Shown here piece by piece: positions 28,774 through 38,395 of a DNA stretch of 64,000 nt. The stretch comes from Candidatus Bathyarchaeota archaeon (GTDB lineage Archaea; Thermoproteota; Bathyarchaeia; 40CM-2-53-6; RBG-13-38-9): NCBI GenBank assembly GCA_018396915.1, contig JAGTRD010000003.1:173-64172 (forward strand). The letters are read 5' to 3'. Below the pieces are notes generated by a model. The model saw nothing but the letters and a program-made list of their open reading frames with translations. It searched no databases and had not been told where the DNA came from. Position 1 is the first letter of the stretch, and every line of letters begins with the position of its first letter. The position numbers were made by a program, and so were the translations under genes.

Positions 28774-30345
28774 TTGAATTACAAGGCTGACGCCTCCAGG
28801 ACTGTTAAGGGAACTCTAGGATTTGTGATTCAGAGCTCGGCGACTTCACTTCTTGGGCTTGTACTCTTCGCGGTCTTTGCCCGTTTCGTATCGAAGGGTG
28901 AGATGGGTGCCTATGCGGGTTTGACATTCACGGTGACTATTATGCAGCTTTCAGGCGTCTTAGGCCTGAATACCGCTGCGGCCAGGTTCACAGCGAAACT
29001 TTTGGCTGAGGGTGAGAGGGCTGAAGCGTCTGGTGTTGCTAGGATTATTTTGACTGTGGCCGCTCTCTCAGGATGTTTCTTCAGCCTCCTACACTACTTT
29101 TCAGCGCCTTACTTCTCATACCTCATGAGCCAATCTTATGAATATACTGGTTTCTTTCAGGCTGCGTCGGTGATAATCTTGATCTATGTCCCCCTACTCG
29201 TCATTGAAGGTTTGGTGCAGGGAGTCCAAGAATATTGGAGGCTGGCTATGTTGAGGGTTATCGGCCAAATCTTCAGGATCCTGGTCTGCCTTTGGCTATT
29301 CACCTCAGGTTGGGGGGTTTACGGAATGATCGTAGGATGGTCTCTCCTGGGCATCATCATGCTTCTAGGATCCATACTTGTTTTGAGATATCACCTAGAC
29401 TTCAAAGCTGGGAAATATGGTTTGAAGCCTATTCTGAAATATTCCGTGCCAGTTATGGGCGCTGGGTTGGCCACATACCTCTCCAACAGCATAGACCTCT
29501 TTATAGTCATGAGTTACGGGTTACCTGAGGAGTTGGGTGCTTACAATGTGGCTTTGGCCGCCTCAGGAGCCTTATCAACCATCCTAGTGGCCTCAGCTAC
29601 AGCAACCCTGCTACCCGCGACATCCGCAGTTTATGGTGTTGCAAATGTGGATGGTGTAGGTAAGGTATTCTTTAAGGCTTCAAGATACTTAGCCCTCCTT
29701 TTCACCCCCGCCTCTTTTGGACTGGCTTCGCTGGCTTGGCCTGTTATACTCATTATGGGAGGGGCCTCATATAGGGAGTCGACAGCCCCCCTGACCATTA
29801 TAGGCATAACATTCCTAATATATTCTCTATCGACACCCATCACAACATCTCTGACAGCTATAGGTGAGACTAGAAAATTTTTGATGATCACCTTAGCCTC
29901 TGTTGTGGTCGGTTCAACTGTTGCCGCTCTCTCTTACCCAGTATGCGGCATAATCGGAGCAGCCTTGGGCAGGGCCTGCCTCTCAATTTGCACTCTCACA
30001 TTCGGATTCCATCAGGCGCGAAAGGTTTTCAGTCCAAGGTTTGATCTCGAAGCCCTGGCCAAATCTCTTCTAGCCAGCATAATTATGGCTTTCACAGTAT
30101 ACGTGGTTACTTCAAACCTGTCGTCGATCCTGTCGATGCCCATAGGTGTCATGGTTGGTGTAACCATATATGTGATGATGCTCAGGTTCACCCGCGCGGT
30201 GAAAGATGAAGATCTGAGGGTTCTCAGTGGGGCCATATCAAGTAAGGCATGGAGGTTCTCTGAACCCATAATGGATTTAACATCAATCATTCTGACCGGC
30301 CGCAGGGATAGTTGGAGGATTCAGACAGGTAAAGAAAGTAGTTGA
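28774..30345 (+). CDS. Oligosaccharide flippase (Wzx/MOP family)
   Basis: About 14 TM, GAYA, NSIDLFIV...LGAYNVA. Confidence 0.85.
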   Translation: MNYKADASRTVKGTLGFVIQSSATSLLGLVLFAVFARFVSKGEMGAYAGLTFTVTIMQLSGVLGLNTAAARFTAKLLAEGERAEASGVARIILTVAALSGCFFSLLHYFSAPYFSYLMSQSYEYTGFFQAASVIILIYVPLLVIEGLVQGVQEYWRLAMLRVIGQIFRILVCLWLFTSGWGVYGMIVGWSLLGIIMLLGSILVLRYHLDFKAGKYGLKPILKYSVPVMGAGLATYLSNSIDLFIVMSYGLPEELGAYNVALAASGALSTILVASATATLLPATSAVYGVANVDGVGKVFFKASRYLALLFTPASFGLASLAWPVILIMGGASYRESTAPLTIIGITFLIYSLSTPITTSLTAIGETRKFLMITLASVVVGSTVAALSYPVCGIIGAALGRACLSICTLTFGFHQARKVFSPRFDLEALAKSLLASIIMAFTVYVVTSNLSSILSMPIGVMVGVTIYVMMLRFTRAVKDEDLRVLSGAISSKAWRFSEPIMDLTSIILTGRRDSWRIQTGKESS

Positions 30346-30481
30346 GAAAAATCAGTGCCCTATAGCATATAGATCATCAAAGAAAGCATCACAATCTTTG
30401 TTTGGGATAGGATCGTAGGATACGGCTAGGTTACACCGAAGTTTTCTATTGAATCAATGATCCATCAGGGTTCGATACTGA

Positions 30482-30546
30482 AGGGGGTAGGGGGGTATAT
30501 GCCCACTCACACACTCTTCCTCCAAATATGGGCTCGCTCCAAATGC
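30482..30546 (+). repeat. G-tract-led degenerate dispersed repeat, copy A
   Basis: AGGGGGTAGGGGGGT..TGCCCACTCACACAC..CTCCAAATATGGGC..CTCCAAATGC resembles the reverse complement of 62933-63006. Confidence 0.5.
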
Positions 30547-30648
30547 TATTAGGTTGACGGAGGATAATCATAATCTTATGAAGTTACGGTAAAACTCAAA
30601 TACTTTATAGCGTCATCATTTGTGAGTGGGTAGGTAGGTAGTAATTCC

Positions 30649-31296
30649 GTGGCTGAGTTAAACTGCCAACATTGTGGCTACAAGTGGAATTATGGCGGAG
30701 CCAACCTATACTATGCTACCTGCCCCCGATGTCGGTATAAAGTCAAGATCCCTAAAGAGAAAACCCGAATGAGAGGACGAGGAATGTCAAGTCTACAATT
30801 AGAGAGGGTGAAAGCGCATGAGAGGAGACCTATCAGACTCCAAGGAGTAGCTGCCATCGTAAATAGAATAGTTGAAGAATACGGATATGACAAGAGCATG
30901 CTCATACAGGTTCTGTTGAGGCTGCAAAAGAGTTTCAGCTGGCTTCCGATGGAAATGTTATTAGAAGTCAGTAAACAACTAAAAGTTCCTTTAAGTCAAG
31001 TATATCAGATCGCAACTTTCTACAAGGCATTCTCCCTCACACCCAGAGGGAGACATCTGGTAAGGGTATGTATGGGCACAGCATGCAAAGTTAGAGGTGC
31101 AACGAACATTCTTGAAAAAATTCAGAGAGTCCTCAAGATAGAAAGAGACGAAACAACACCAGATGGAAGATTCACCCTAGAAACAATAAACTGCGCAGGA
31201 TGCTGCGCATTAGGTCCAGTAATAACAGTCGACGGCGAATATCATGGAAATGTGAAGACCCATAATGTGGAGAAGATCCTGGAACAGTATAGGTAA
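30649..31296 (+). CDS. NuoE/HydC-like [2Fe-2S] subunit with N-terminal zinc ribbon
   Basis: ATFY, CMGTAC, CAGCCALGP; N-terminal CQHC...CPRC. Confidence 0.88.
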   Translation: MAELNCQHCGYKWNYGGANLYYATCPRCRYKVKIPKEKTRMRGRGMSSLQLERVKAHERRPIRLQGVAAIVNRIVEEYGYDKSMLIQVLLRLQKSFSWLPMEMLLEVSKQLKVPLSQVYQIATFYKAFSLTPRGRHLVRVCMGTACKVRGATNILEKIQRVLKIERDETTPDGRFTLETINCAGCCALGPVITVDGEYHGNVKTHNVEKILEQYR

Positions 31297-31306
31297 GGAA
31301 GAAGGT

Positions 31307-33235
31307 ATGGAAGAAATCAAAAGGATAGATTCACCTGAAGATCTAGAGAAACTTCGGCGAAAATTGAGATCGAAGAAGAAAACAGATAAAACTACAATCT
31401 CAGTATGTGTCAGCACCGGATGCGTCGCCCTCGGATCAATAAAAGTACTGGAAGCCATCAAAGCTGAGTTGGAGAGGCAAGGCTTAGTTGAGACTGTAAA
31501 TGTCAAGGAGACAGGATGCCTAGGATTCTGCGAGCAAGGTCCAAGACTTAGCATACATCCAAAAGAGATCTGTTACTTTAAGGTCAAACCTGAAGATGCC
31601 CAAGAGATAGTGTCTAAGACAGTTATTAAAGGTGAAGTTGTTGAGAGACTGCTCTACAAGGATCCAGCAACGGGTAAAGTAGCGAGGAGACTCGACGAGA
31701 TACCATTCTACAGGCATCAAGTTAGACCCCTCCTGGCGAATAATGAGAGAATAGATCCGAAGAGTATCAATGATTATATTGCCCTCGGAGGATACGAAGC
31801 CTTGGCCAAAGCACTCTTCAAAATGACCCCTGAAGATGTTATTGAGGAAATTAAGAGGGCGAACCTGAGGGGGCGAGGTGGAGGGGGATTCCCAACAGGA
31901 ATAAAATGGGAGACTACGCGAAAAGCACCTGGGCATCTTAAATATGTGATCGTCAACTGCGATGAGGGAGATCCAGGAGCATTCATGGATAGATCATTGA
32001 TGGAGGGCAACCCACATAGTGTTCTTGAAGGCCTTATAATAGGAGGCTACGCAATAGGTGCCGGTGAAGGCTTCGTCTACGTCAGAGAAGAATACCCTCT
32101 CGCCGCTGAGAATATAACAAACGCAATAAGGCAAGCCGAAGAGTATGGGCTTTTAGGTGAGAATATTTTAGGGTCAGGCTTCAACTTCAAGGTTAGGGTT
32201 CATAGGGGTGCCGGGGCCTTCGTCTCAGGGGAGTCCAGCGCCCTCATGAACGCTATAGAAGGATGCATCGGCGAGCCGAGACCAAAATATGTCCATACGG
32301 CGGTCAAAGGAGTTTGGGGCAGACCCAGTTGCTTGAATAATGTTAAGACATGGGCGAATATTCCACTCATAATACTAAACGGAGCCGAATGGTTCAGAAA
32401 GATAGGTACAGAAGGCAGCAGTGGAACCGCTATCTTCTCACTGGTGGGAAAAGTCAACAATACAGGTTTGGTTGAGGTGCCTATGGGGATAACCCTTCGA
32501 GACCTCATCTACAAGATAGGTGGTGGAATAAAGGATGGAAAGAAATTCAAGGCCGTCCAGACAGGTGGGCCTTCAGGGGGCTTCATTCCAGAGCAGTATC
32601 TCAACCTCCCAGTAGACTTTGATGAGCTTAACAGAGTCGGTTCAATGATGGGTTCGGGAGGCATGGTTGTTATGGATGAAGATACCTGCATGGTAGACGC
32701 CGCCAGATTCTTCATCGACTTCCTACTTGAAGAGTCATGTGGGAAATGCATTCCATGCCGTGAGGGATTAAGAGTATTATCGAGAATCCTCAACGATATA
32801 TGTGAAGGCAAGGGTGTTGAAGAAGACGTAATGATTGTTGAAGAGATCGCTGAAACCATGCGCGATGCATCCCTATGCGCACTAGGAACAACGGCAGCGA
32901 ACCCTGTACTCACATCCTTAAAATATTTCAGGGATGAATGGGATCAACATCTGAAGGCTAAACGTTGCCCAGCCAAAGCTTGTAAGGCGCTGGTAAACTA
33001 TTACATTGAACCTGAGAAGTGTCAAGCCTGCCAATTATGCAGGAGAGAGTGTCCAACAGGGGCCATTCTAGGTGGGGTCGAGCAGGTTCACTGGATCGAA
33101 CAGGATAAATGTGTGAAGTGCGGCTCATGCTATGAGGCCTGTAGGTTCAATGCAATAGTGAAACTCTCCGGTGAGCCTATCCCTCCACCGCCACCTGAAG
33201 GTACTAAACCAGTTCGGAGAAGAGGTGGTCGATGA
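31307..33235 (+). CDS. NuoF/HydB-like flavin NADH-binding subunit
   Basis: N-terminal thioredoxin-like 2Fe domain, GRGGGGFP, DEGDPGAFMDR, GGPSGG, ESCGKCIPCREG, C-terminal 2x[4Fe-4S]. Confidence 0.93.
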   Translation: MEEIKRIDSPEDLEKLRRKLRSKKKTDKTTISVCVSTGCVALGSIKVLEAIKAELERQGLVETVNVKETGCLGFCEQGPRLSIHPKEICYFKVKPEDAQEIVSKTVIKGEVVERLLYKDPATGKVARRLDEIPFYRHQVRPLLANNERIDPKSINDYIALGGYEALAKALFKMTPEDVIEEIKRANLRGRGGGGFPTGIKWETTRKAPGHLKYVIVNCDEGDPGAFMDRSLMEGNPHSVLEGLIIGGYAIGAGEGFVYVREEYPLAAENITNAIRQAEEYGLLGENILGSGFNFKVRVHRGAGAFVSGESSALMNAIEGCIGEPRPKYVHTAVKGVWGRPSCLNNVKTWANIPLIILNGAEWFRKIGTEGSSGTAIFSLVGKVNNTGLVEVPMGITLRDLIYKIGGGIKDGKKFKAVQTGGPSGGFIPEQYLNLPVDFDELNRVGSMMGSGGMVVMDEDTCMVDAARFFIDFLLEESCGKCIPCREGLRVLSRILNDICEGKGVEEDVMIVEEIAETMRDASLCALGTTAANPVLTSLKYFRDEWDQHLKAKRCPAKACKALVNYYIEPEKCQACQLCRRECPTGAILGGVEQVHWIEQDKCVKCGSCYEACRFNAIVKLSGEPIPPPPPEGTKPVRRRGGR

Positions 33236-33852
33236 TGGGTCTAAAACTAAAGATAGATGATAAGGAGGTTGAGTCGATGGAAGGCGAGACTATCTTGGAC
33301 GCCGCAAAAAAACTCGGTATTGAGATCCCTACACTCTGCCACCATGAAGGCTTGGAACCCTACGGTGCATGCAGAATATGCAGTGTAGAGATTGAGAAGA
33401 ACGGAAGAAAGAGAATAGTCGCCGCATGTTGTTACCCAGCTGAAGATGGCTTGAACGTAAAGACCAGGAGCCCCAGAATAGACAGAATTAGAAGAATCAT
33501 AATTGAGTTGGCCGCTATAAATGTTGGAGGAGACCTCTCCGGAAAGTTTTTGGAACTAGCAGCAGAATATAAGGCTGACACATCTAGGTTCCTTCAAAAA
33601 GTTAAGGTTGAACCGTCAAAATGCATCCTCTGCGGGCTCTGCGTACGCAGATGTGTCGAAGCCTGCTGGGACAGCGTCATAGGATTTGTTGGAAGAGGTG
33701 TAAACAGGCGAATAGTCGTGTATCCTGAGAATGCATCCATCTGTTCAACATGCGATCACTGTCACGGGATCTGCCCAACAGGAAGGATAACATCCATAGG
33801 ACCAGACCCACCGTTCCCATCAATCGACGACGTACTCGCTGGAAGGGAGTAA
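33232..33852 (+). CDS. NuoG/HydA N-terminal-like Fe-S subunit (no catalytic domain)
   Basis: IPTLC, GACRIC, CILCGLCVRRC, CSTCDHCHGICP; only 206 aa. Confidence 0.85.
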   Translation: MMGLKLKIDDKEVESMEGETILDAAKKLGIEIPTLCHHEGLEPYGACRICSVEIEKNGRKRIVAACCYPAEDGLNVKTRSPRIDRIRRIIIELAAINVGGDLSGKFLELAAEYKADTSRFLQKVKVEPSKCILCGLCVRRCVEACWDSVIGFVGRGVNRRIVVYPENASICSTCDHCHGICPTGRITSIGPDPPFPSIDDVLAGRE

Positions 33853-33976
33853 AGAAGATATTATCTGGATGGTAAAATCTTAATTCGTAGCCAAATATAA
33901 TCGTTGAGAACACTAGCTTAAGGCCAAAAAGGCTTTTATTTGTCAGAATATAGTAATTGCGTAGAGGTCGATATCT

Positions 33977-34471
33977 TTGGGAAAGAAAGCTAGAGAAATA
34001 GTCAAGGTAAATATTCAGGAACTGTTGGCGGATCTTAACAGCGCATATGCAGATGAATGGATAGCATTCTTCTATTATACCTGGGCTAAATCCTATATTG
34101 AGGGACCTGACTATCCTACAGTGGCCTCTGAAATAGATAAGATCGCTAAGGACGAGTTTGAACATTTATCAGAGCTCGCCGATAGAATCTATGAGTTGGG
34201 AGGAGAACCTGAGAGGGACCTTGAGGACCTCCAGAGAATAGCGAACTGTAAGAAGGTGAGCTTCCCTAAGGATGAGAGAGATATTGAGGGTGCCCTGAAG
34301 GCCCTAGCTGACGCTGAAGGATGCGCAATCGACGTCTACAATAGGATCCTGTTGAAGATCTCCGCCTGCTACCAGAAAGACGTTAGGACATTCCATCTGA
34401 TAGAGCATATTCTATCTGAAGAGATAGAGCATGAAGAGGCCTTCGAGAATTTGCTTGCAAAGAAGAGGTAA
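33977..34471 (+). CDS. DPS-like (DPSL/thioferritin-type) ferritin-family protein
   Basis: ADEW..Y, DEFEH, EEIEHE di-iron motifs plus Cys pair (IANC, AEGCAI). Confidence 0.85.
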   Translation: MGKKAREIVKVNIQELLADLNSAYADEWIAFFYYTWAKSYIEGPDYPTVASEIDKIAKDEFEHLSELADRIYELGGEPERDLEDLQRIANCKKVSFPKDERDIEGALKALADAEGCAIDVYNRILLKISACYQKDVRTFHLIEHILSEEIEHEEAFENLLAKKR

Positions 34472-34506
34472 CATATAATCCATAAATAGGCAAGGTATCA
34501 GTATAA

Positions 34507-34926
34507 CTATGTAACTGTGACAGCAACCAACCGGCTCTGCTTAACACCCCTTTTATTCATTATCTCCTCGGACAATTTCCTAACCGTCTTTGCGTCGCCC
34601 CTAACCGATACGATCTCCAAGCAATTTCTATCATCGAGATGTACATGTGTGGTTGAGGTTATTACCCTCTGATATTTATGTTGGACATCCGTCAGAACCT
34701 CCTCTAAACCCTTGACTTCATGGTCATATATTGTAACCAAGCCGCCAGCGACTTCTCCTGAGACTTGGTGTGTCCACTTGTAATCGTCCAAGAAGATGCG
34801 CATAGCAGCCTGGATGGCTTTAGACCTATCATATCCGATCCTCTTTATTGTGGAGTCAAACTCCTCAACTAATCTCGGTGGAGCTGAGATGCTGAATCTA
34901 CAAACACCATTTGAACCCAAAACCAT
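34507..34926 (-). CDS. nikR: Nickel-responsive regulator NikR
   Basis: RFSIS, DRSKAI, YDH, QH...THVH...NCLE (all four Ni ligands). Confidence 0.9.
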   Translation of the reverse strand: MVLGSNGVCRFSISAPPRLVEEFDSTIKRIGYDRSKAIQAAMRIFLDDYKWTHQVSGEVAGGLVTIYDHEVKGLEEVLTDVQHKYQRVITSTTHVHLDDRNCLEIVSVRGDAKTVRKLSEEIMNKRGVKQSRLVAVTVT

Positions 34927-35011
34927 TACCCCCCAAATCAATGTCGGCTGGTTATTAATATATGTTGGAGATCCCGCTTGTCTGAAAAGATAAAAGTATC
35001 AACATAATAAT

Positions 35012-35833
35012 TTGTTTCTGATGGGTTCAGCAAGTTCAAAGATCCTTATTGTGCCAAACCTCAAAACCTCCTCCGTAAAAGCCTCCAGAGTCATCCAATC
35101 TGAGGAATATGTTGAGAAGATATTCCTGCCTGAACCTGAACGTCTTGAACCATACATAAAAACATATGGTAAGGAAAGAATCTCCTATGAAGATTTCGTC
35201 GGCAGAGTTAGAGATTCACGGCTGATTCCTGAGCCTCTTGGAAGTTGGCTATACACTTTTGAACCGATCCTTATGGGGATCTCTCAGCTTCTCAGACGGA
35301 ATAAGGCGCTAGAGATAATCTGCTACAAGGATGCAGAGGACCTTGAGAGGGCTTCAAGGTTCTCATCTGAAATCGCCCTCCTAACATATAGGAGCAACGT
35401 ATCAGGCAGGATAAATATTGACGATTGGATTTATACAATCTCAGAGTATATGGTCAGTAGTGAAGATATGTTGTTGAGGGAGGCGCAACGCATCATCGCC
35501 ATGGCTGGTGATTCAGGCAACATAGTTCTATCAGGCCTTGGAGGTAAAGAACTGAAACGGCTGTTAAGCGGATCCTTGAATATTCAACTTGAATGTGTAG
35601 AGAAATTCTACCATTTCACGCCGATAGAGATTTTGCAGACTGTAGTCGTAAGAGGGGATATTGATAGATGTTATATTGAGAGTTTGGTCAGATGTCACCT
35701 TGAGTATGTCAACCGTTACGTCCTCAGGAGCTGGAACCGGGATGTGGCTTATTACCGTTGGGTCTATGACAAGATACCGAGGCTTAGGAGTTGCCTATGT
35801 GAATTCGAAATTGAAGAGTTGAAGGTTCTCTAG
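35012..35833 (+). CDS. Hypothetical protein
   Basis: 273-aa ORF filling the gap, no recognised motif. Confidence 0.65.
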   Translation: MFLMGSASSKILIVPNLKTSSVKASRVIQSEEYVEKIFLPEPERLEPYIKTYGKERISYEDFVGRVRDSRLIPEPLGSWLYTFEPILMGISQLLRRNKALEIICYKDAEDLERASRFSSEIALLTYRSNVSGRINIDDWIYTISEYMVSSEDMLLREAQRIIAMAGDSGNIVLSGLGGKELKRLLSGSLNIQLECVEKFYHFTPIEILQTVVVRGDIDRCYIESLVRCHLEYVNRYVLRSWNRDVAYYRWVYDKIPRLRSCLCEFEIEELKVL

Positions 35834-35882
35834 TCACCATCAGTTCAGTAAAGAGATCCTGTGTATTTTTACTTAGTTGAAT

Positions 35883-36221
35883 CTATTCCAGAATCATCTC
35901 TTTGCGGTCGAATCCGAAATTCTCAAACTGTTGGGTGAGACCTATGGCCTTCGTTGGACATACATCCTCACATTGCTGGCAGTGTGTGCAACGGTCAAGA
36001 TAGAATCTGGGCCTCTTCCCCTTCTCATCCTCAAACATCTCCACAGTCTCTGAGGGACATACTCTGAAGCACATTCCGCATCCTATACATAGCTGCCTGT
36101 TAAATGTGAGTCTCCCCCTCAAACCTTCAGGGACATGAACCTTCTCCCTATCCTTGAACGGATAGAGCACAGTAGCTCTTCTACTCACTAAGTTCCTCAG
36201 AAGTTCAACCGCCAAAGACAT
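35883..36221 (-). CDS. NuoI/EchF-like 2x[4Fe-4S] hydrogenase subunit
   Basis: TVLYP, RG, CIGCGMCFRVCP, CTHCQQCEDVCP; ATG 36221 follows a GAGGTGG RBS. Confidence 0.9.
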   Translation of the reverse strand: MSLAVELLRNLVSRRATVLYPFKDREKVHVPEGLRGRLTFNRQLCIGCGMCFRVCPSETVEMFEDEKGKRPRFYLDRCTHCQQCEDVCPTKAIGLTQQFENFGFDRKEMILE

Positions 36222-36232
36222 CTCAAGCCACC

Positions 36233-37423
36233 TCACAATTTCCTCGTATATTTCTTGAGTTGCTCCATCGTCCAGACCCAACTCCTACCCTTCGAAGGCT
36301 CTATGAACCTCAGCATCCTGTCCATGCAGCACATGCAAGGATCTATGCCGGCCAGCAGCACAGGAATGTCGGCGACATTGACCTCATACTTCCCTCTTGT
36401 AGTCATGCTCTGGAGTAAGGGCGCAAGGTTTCCGAGGGTCGGCGCGCGAACCTTATACCTAGCAGGCTTGTCTGTCCCATTAGATCTAACATAATGGATG
36501 TCTTCACCTCTGGGAGCCTCAACCTTACTCACCGCTTCCCCTACAGGCGGGGTGTTCGGCAGCCTCACCCTCACCGGTCCAGAAGGCATATGGTCAAGAC
36601 AGTATCTTACCATCTCAATGGACTCCAAGGTCTCATCGACCCTAACCATTATCCTAGCATAGAAGTCGCATGTATCGTAGCTTATTACGTTGAACGGGAC
36701 CTCGTCATGGGCTGCATATGGATCGTCTTTCCTAACATCCTCCTTTATAGCTGAGGCCCTGCGCATAGGTCCTACAGCACATAATTGGATAGCCTCCTCA
36801 GGGGTCAATATACCTATGCCCTTCGACCTGGCGCTTATAGTCGGATCTACGGGAACTGTTCTCTTGTAGTATCTTGTTCGCTCCTCCAAAACATCCATGC
36901 CTTTCCTGATTCTATATTCAACTTGAGGTGTGAGGTCTCTTCTAGTTCCACCTATTGTTGTGAAGGACATAGATACCCTATTTCCCGTGAGGGCTTCAAT
37001 AAGATCAAGCACAAGTTCCCGGTCACGCCAGACATACATGAAGAGTGTGTCGAAGCCAACCTCATGCCCCACCACTCCAAGCCAGAGCAGGTGGCTATGT
37101 ATCCTGTTCAACTCCTCTATTAGAACCCTCAGATATTCAGCCCTTCTTGGTGGAGGTTTCTCATATAGGTACTCTATGTTTTGGGTGTAACAGACCGTGT
37201 GGGCTGTATTGCATATTCCACATATCCTCTCCACCAGTGGAATGTTCTGCAGATATGTTTTCGACTCCATAAGTTTCTCTATTCCTTTGTGGGCATATCC
37301 TATTCTGGCCTCCACTTTGACAATGTTCTCTCCCTCCACATAGAATGTGAAGTTTTCAGGCTCCTTGAGTGCTGGATGTTGGGGACCTACTGGGACCTTA
37401 AATAGTGTGGTCGACAATTTCAC
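36233..37423 (-). CDS. Group 4 [NiFe]-hydrogenase large subunit
   Basis: GPQHP, L1 ERICGIC, EAPRGE, L2 DPCMCCMDR followed by a C-terminal extension. Confidence 0.92.
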   Translation of the reverse strand: MKLSTTLFKVPVGPQHPALKEPENFTFYVEGENIVKVEARIGYAHKGIEKLMESKTYLQNIPLVERICGICNTAHTVCYTQNIEYLYEKPPPRRAEYLRVLIEELNRIHSHLLWLGVVGHEVGFDTLFMYVWRDRELVLDLIEALTGNRVSMSFTTIGGTRRDLTPQVEYRIRKGMDVLEERTRYYKRTVPVDPTISARSKGIGILTPEEAIQLCAVGPMRRASAIKEDVRKDDPYAAHDEVPFNVISYDTCDFYARIMVRVDETLESIEMVRYCLDHMPSGPVRVRLPNTPPVGEAVSKVEAPRGEDIHYVRSNGTDKPARYKVRAPTLGNLAPLLQSMTTRGKYEVNVADIPVLLAGIDPCMCCMDRMLRFIEPSKGRSWVWTMEQLKKYTRKL

Positions 37424-37896
37424 TCAACCTCCCTTGGTCCCTTCAACCTAGTGACTTTATACTCTTTCCTTAAGGGGTAGACTCCGGCAGGCCAGTCCTC
37501 AGGAAGGATTAAACGTTCGAGGTTCGGGTGGCCTTCAAAGACTATTCCAAAAAGGTCGAATACTTCACGTTCATAGAAAGTGGCTCCTGGAACTATGTCT
37601 GTGAGGGTTGGTATTTTTGGGTCTTCCTTTGGGACTGTTGCCTTCAAAGTAACTTCAACACCCCTACCGAAGAGGTATGCCATAACATCCATCTCCTTCC
37701 CAGAATCAGCCGCAGTTATCGTCGATACATGATTTATGTTCATGTTTTGGATCAAGTGTTTCGCTGCTTGTTTGTAGGCTTCCCTACTGACCTTCAGGAA
37801 GAGCCTTCTCGGTCTTGGAATCTTCACCTCCAAGAGATTCTCCCCCAGAAGACTCTTCACCTCACTTGCAATATACTCCTCATTGCTTGTTGACAT
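37420..37896 (-). CDS. NuoC/EchD-like hydrogenase subunit
   Basis: YEREVFDLFGIVFEGHP...YPLRK. Confidence 0.9.
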   Translation of the reverse strand: MSTSNEEYIASEVKSLLGENLLEVKIPRPRRLFLKVSREAYKQAAKHLIQNMNINHVSTITAADSGKEMDVMAYLFGRGVEVTLKATVPKEDPKIPTLTDIVPGATFYEREVFDLFGIVFEGHPNLERLILPEDWPAGVYPLRKEYKVTRLKGPREVE

Positions 37897-37902
37897 ATCC
37901 GA

Positions 37903-38337
37903 TCACCCCGACTTTATCTTCGCCTGTAAGGCGGCTACCGCTCCCAAGATCGCCTCAGGCTTAGGTGGACAACCGTAAACATATGCACTCACAGGAATAA
38001 CCGAGTCTAGTCCTGGATAGACATTGTAGCATCCCCTGTATACTCCGCCACTGTTGCAGCAGTTTCCGACGGAGAGGACGAACTTAGGCTCAGGCATCTG
38101 CTCATATATCCTGATGATGCGGTCTCTGATCTGTCTGTTTACTGGGCCCGTCACAACCAAGATATCTCCGTGTCTTGGACTCCCCTTCAACAGGACACCG
38201 AACCTTTCAACATCGAATCTTGGGTCGAGGGCCGCTAGAACCTCTATATCGCATGCGTTGCATCCGCCTGTGTTGAAGTGTACTATCCATGGGCTTTGGG
38301 CTCTACTCCAACTCACCAAACCCAACCTGAACCACAA
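37903..38337 (-). CDS. Group 4 [NiFe]-hydrogenase small subunit (NuoB/EchC-like)
   Basis: GGCNACDIE, SPRHGD, GNC, GCPPKPE. Confidence 0.92.
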   Translation of the reverse strand: MWFRLGLVSWSRAQSPWIVHFNTGGCNACDIEVLAALDPRFDVERFGVLLKGSPRHGDILVVTGPVNRQIRDRIIRIYEQMPEPKFVLSVGNCCNSGGVYRGCYNVYPGLDSVIPVSAYVYGCPPKPEAILGAVAALQAKIKSG

Positions 38338-38395
38338 CCCTTTAGATTTACTTCAGGTATTCTAGGATGCTTTTAAATTCTTGTATCCTAGGTTA

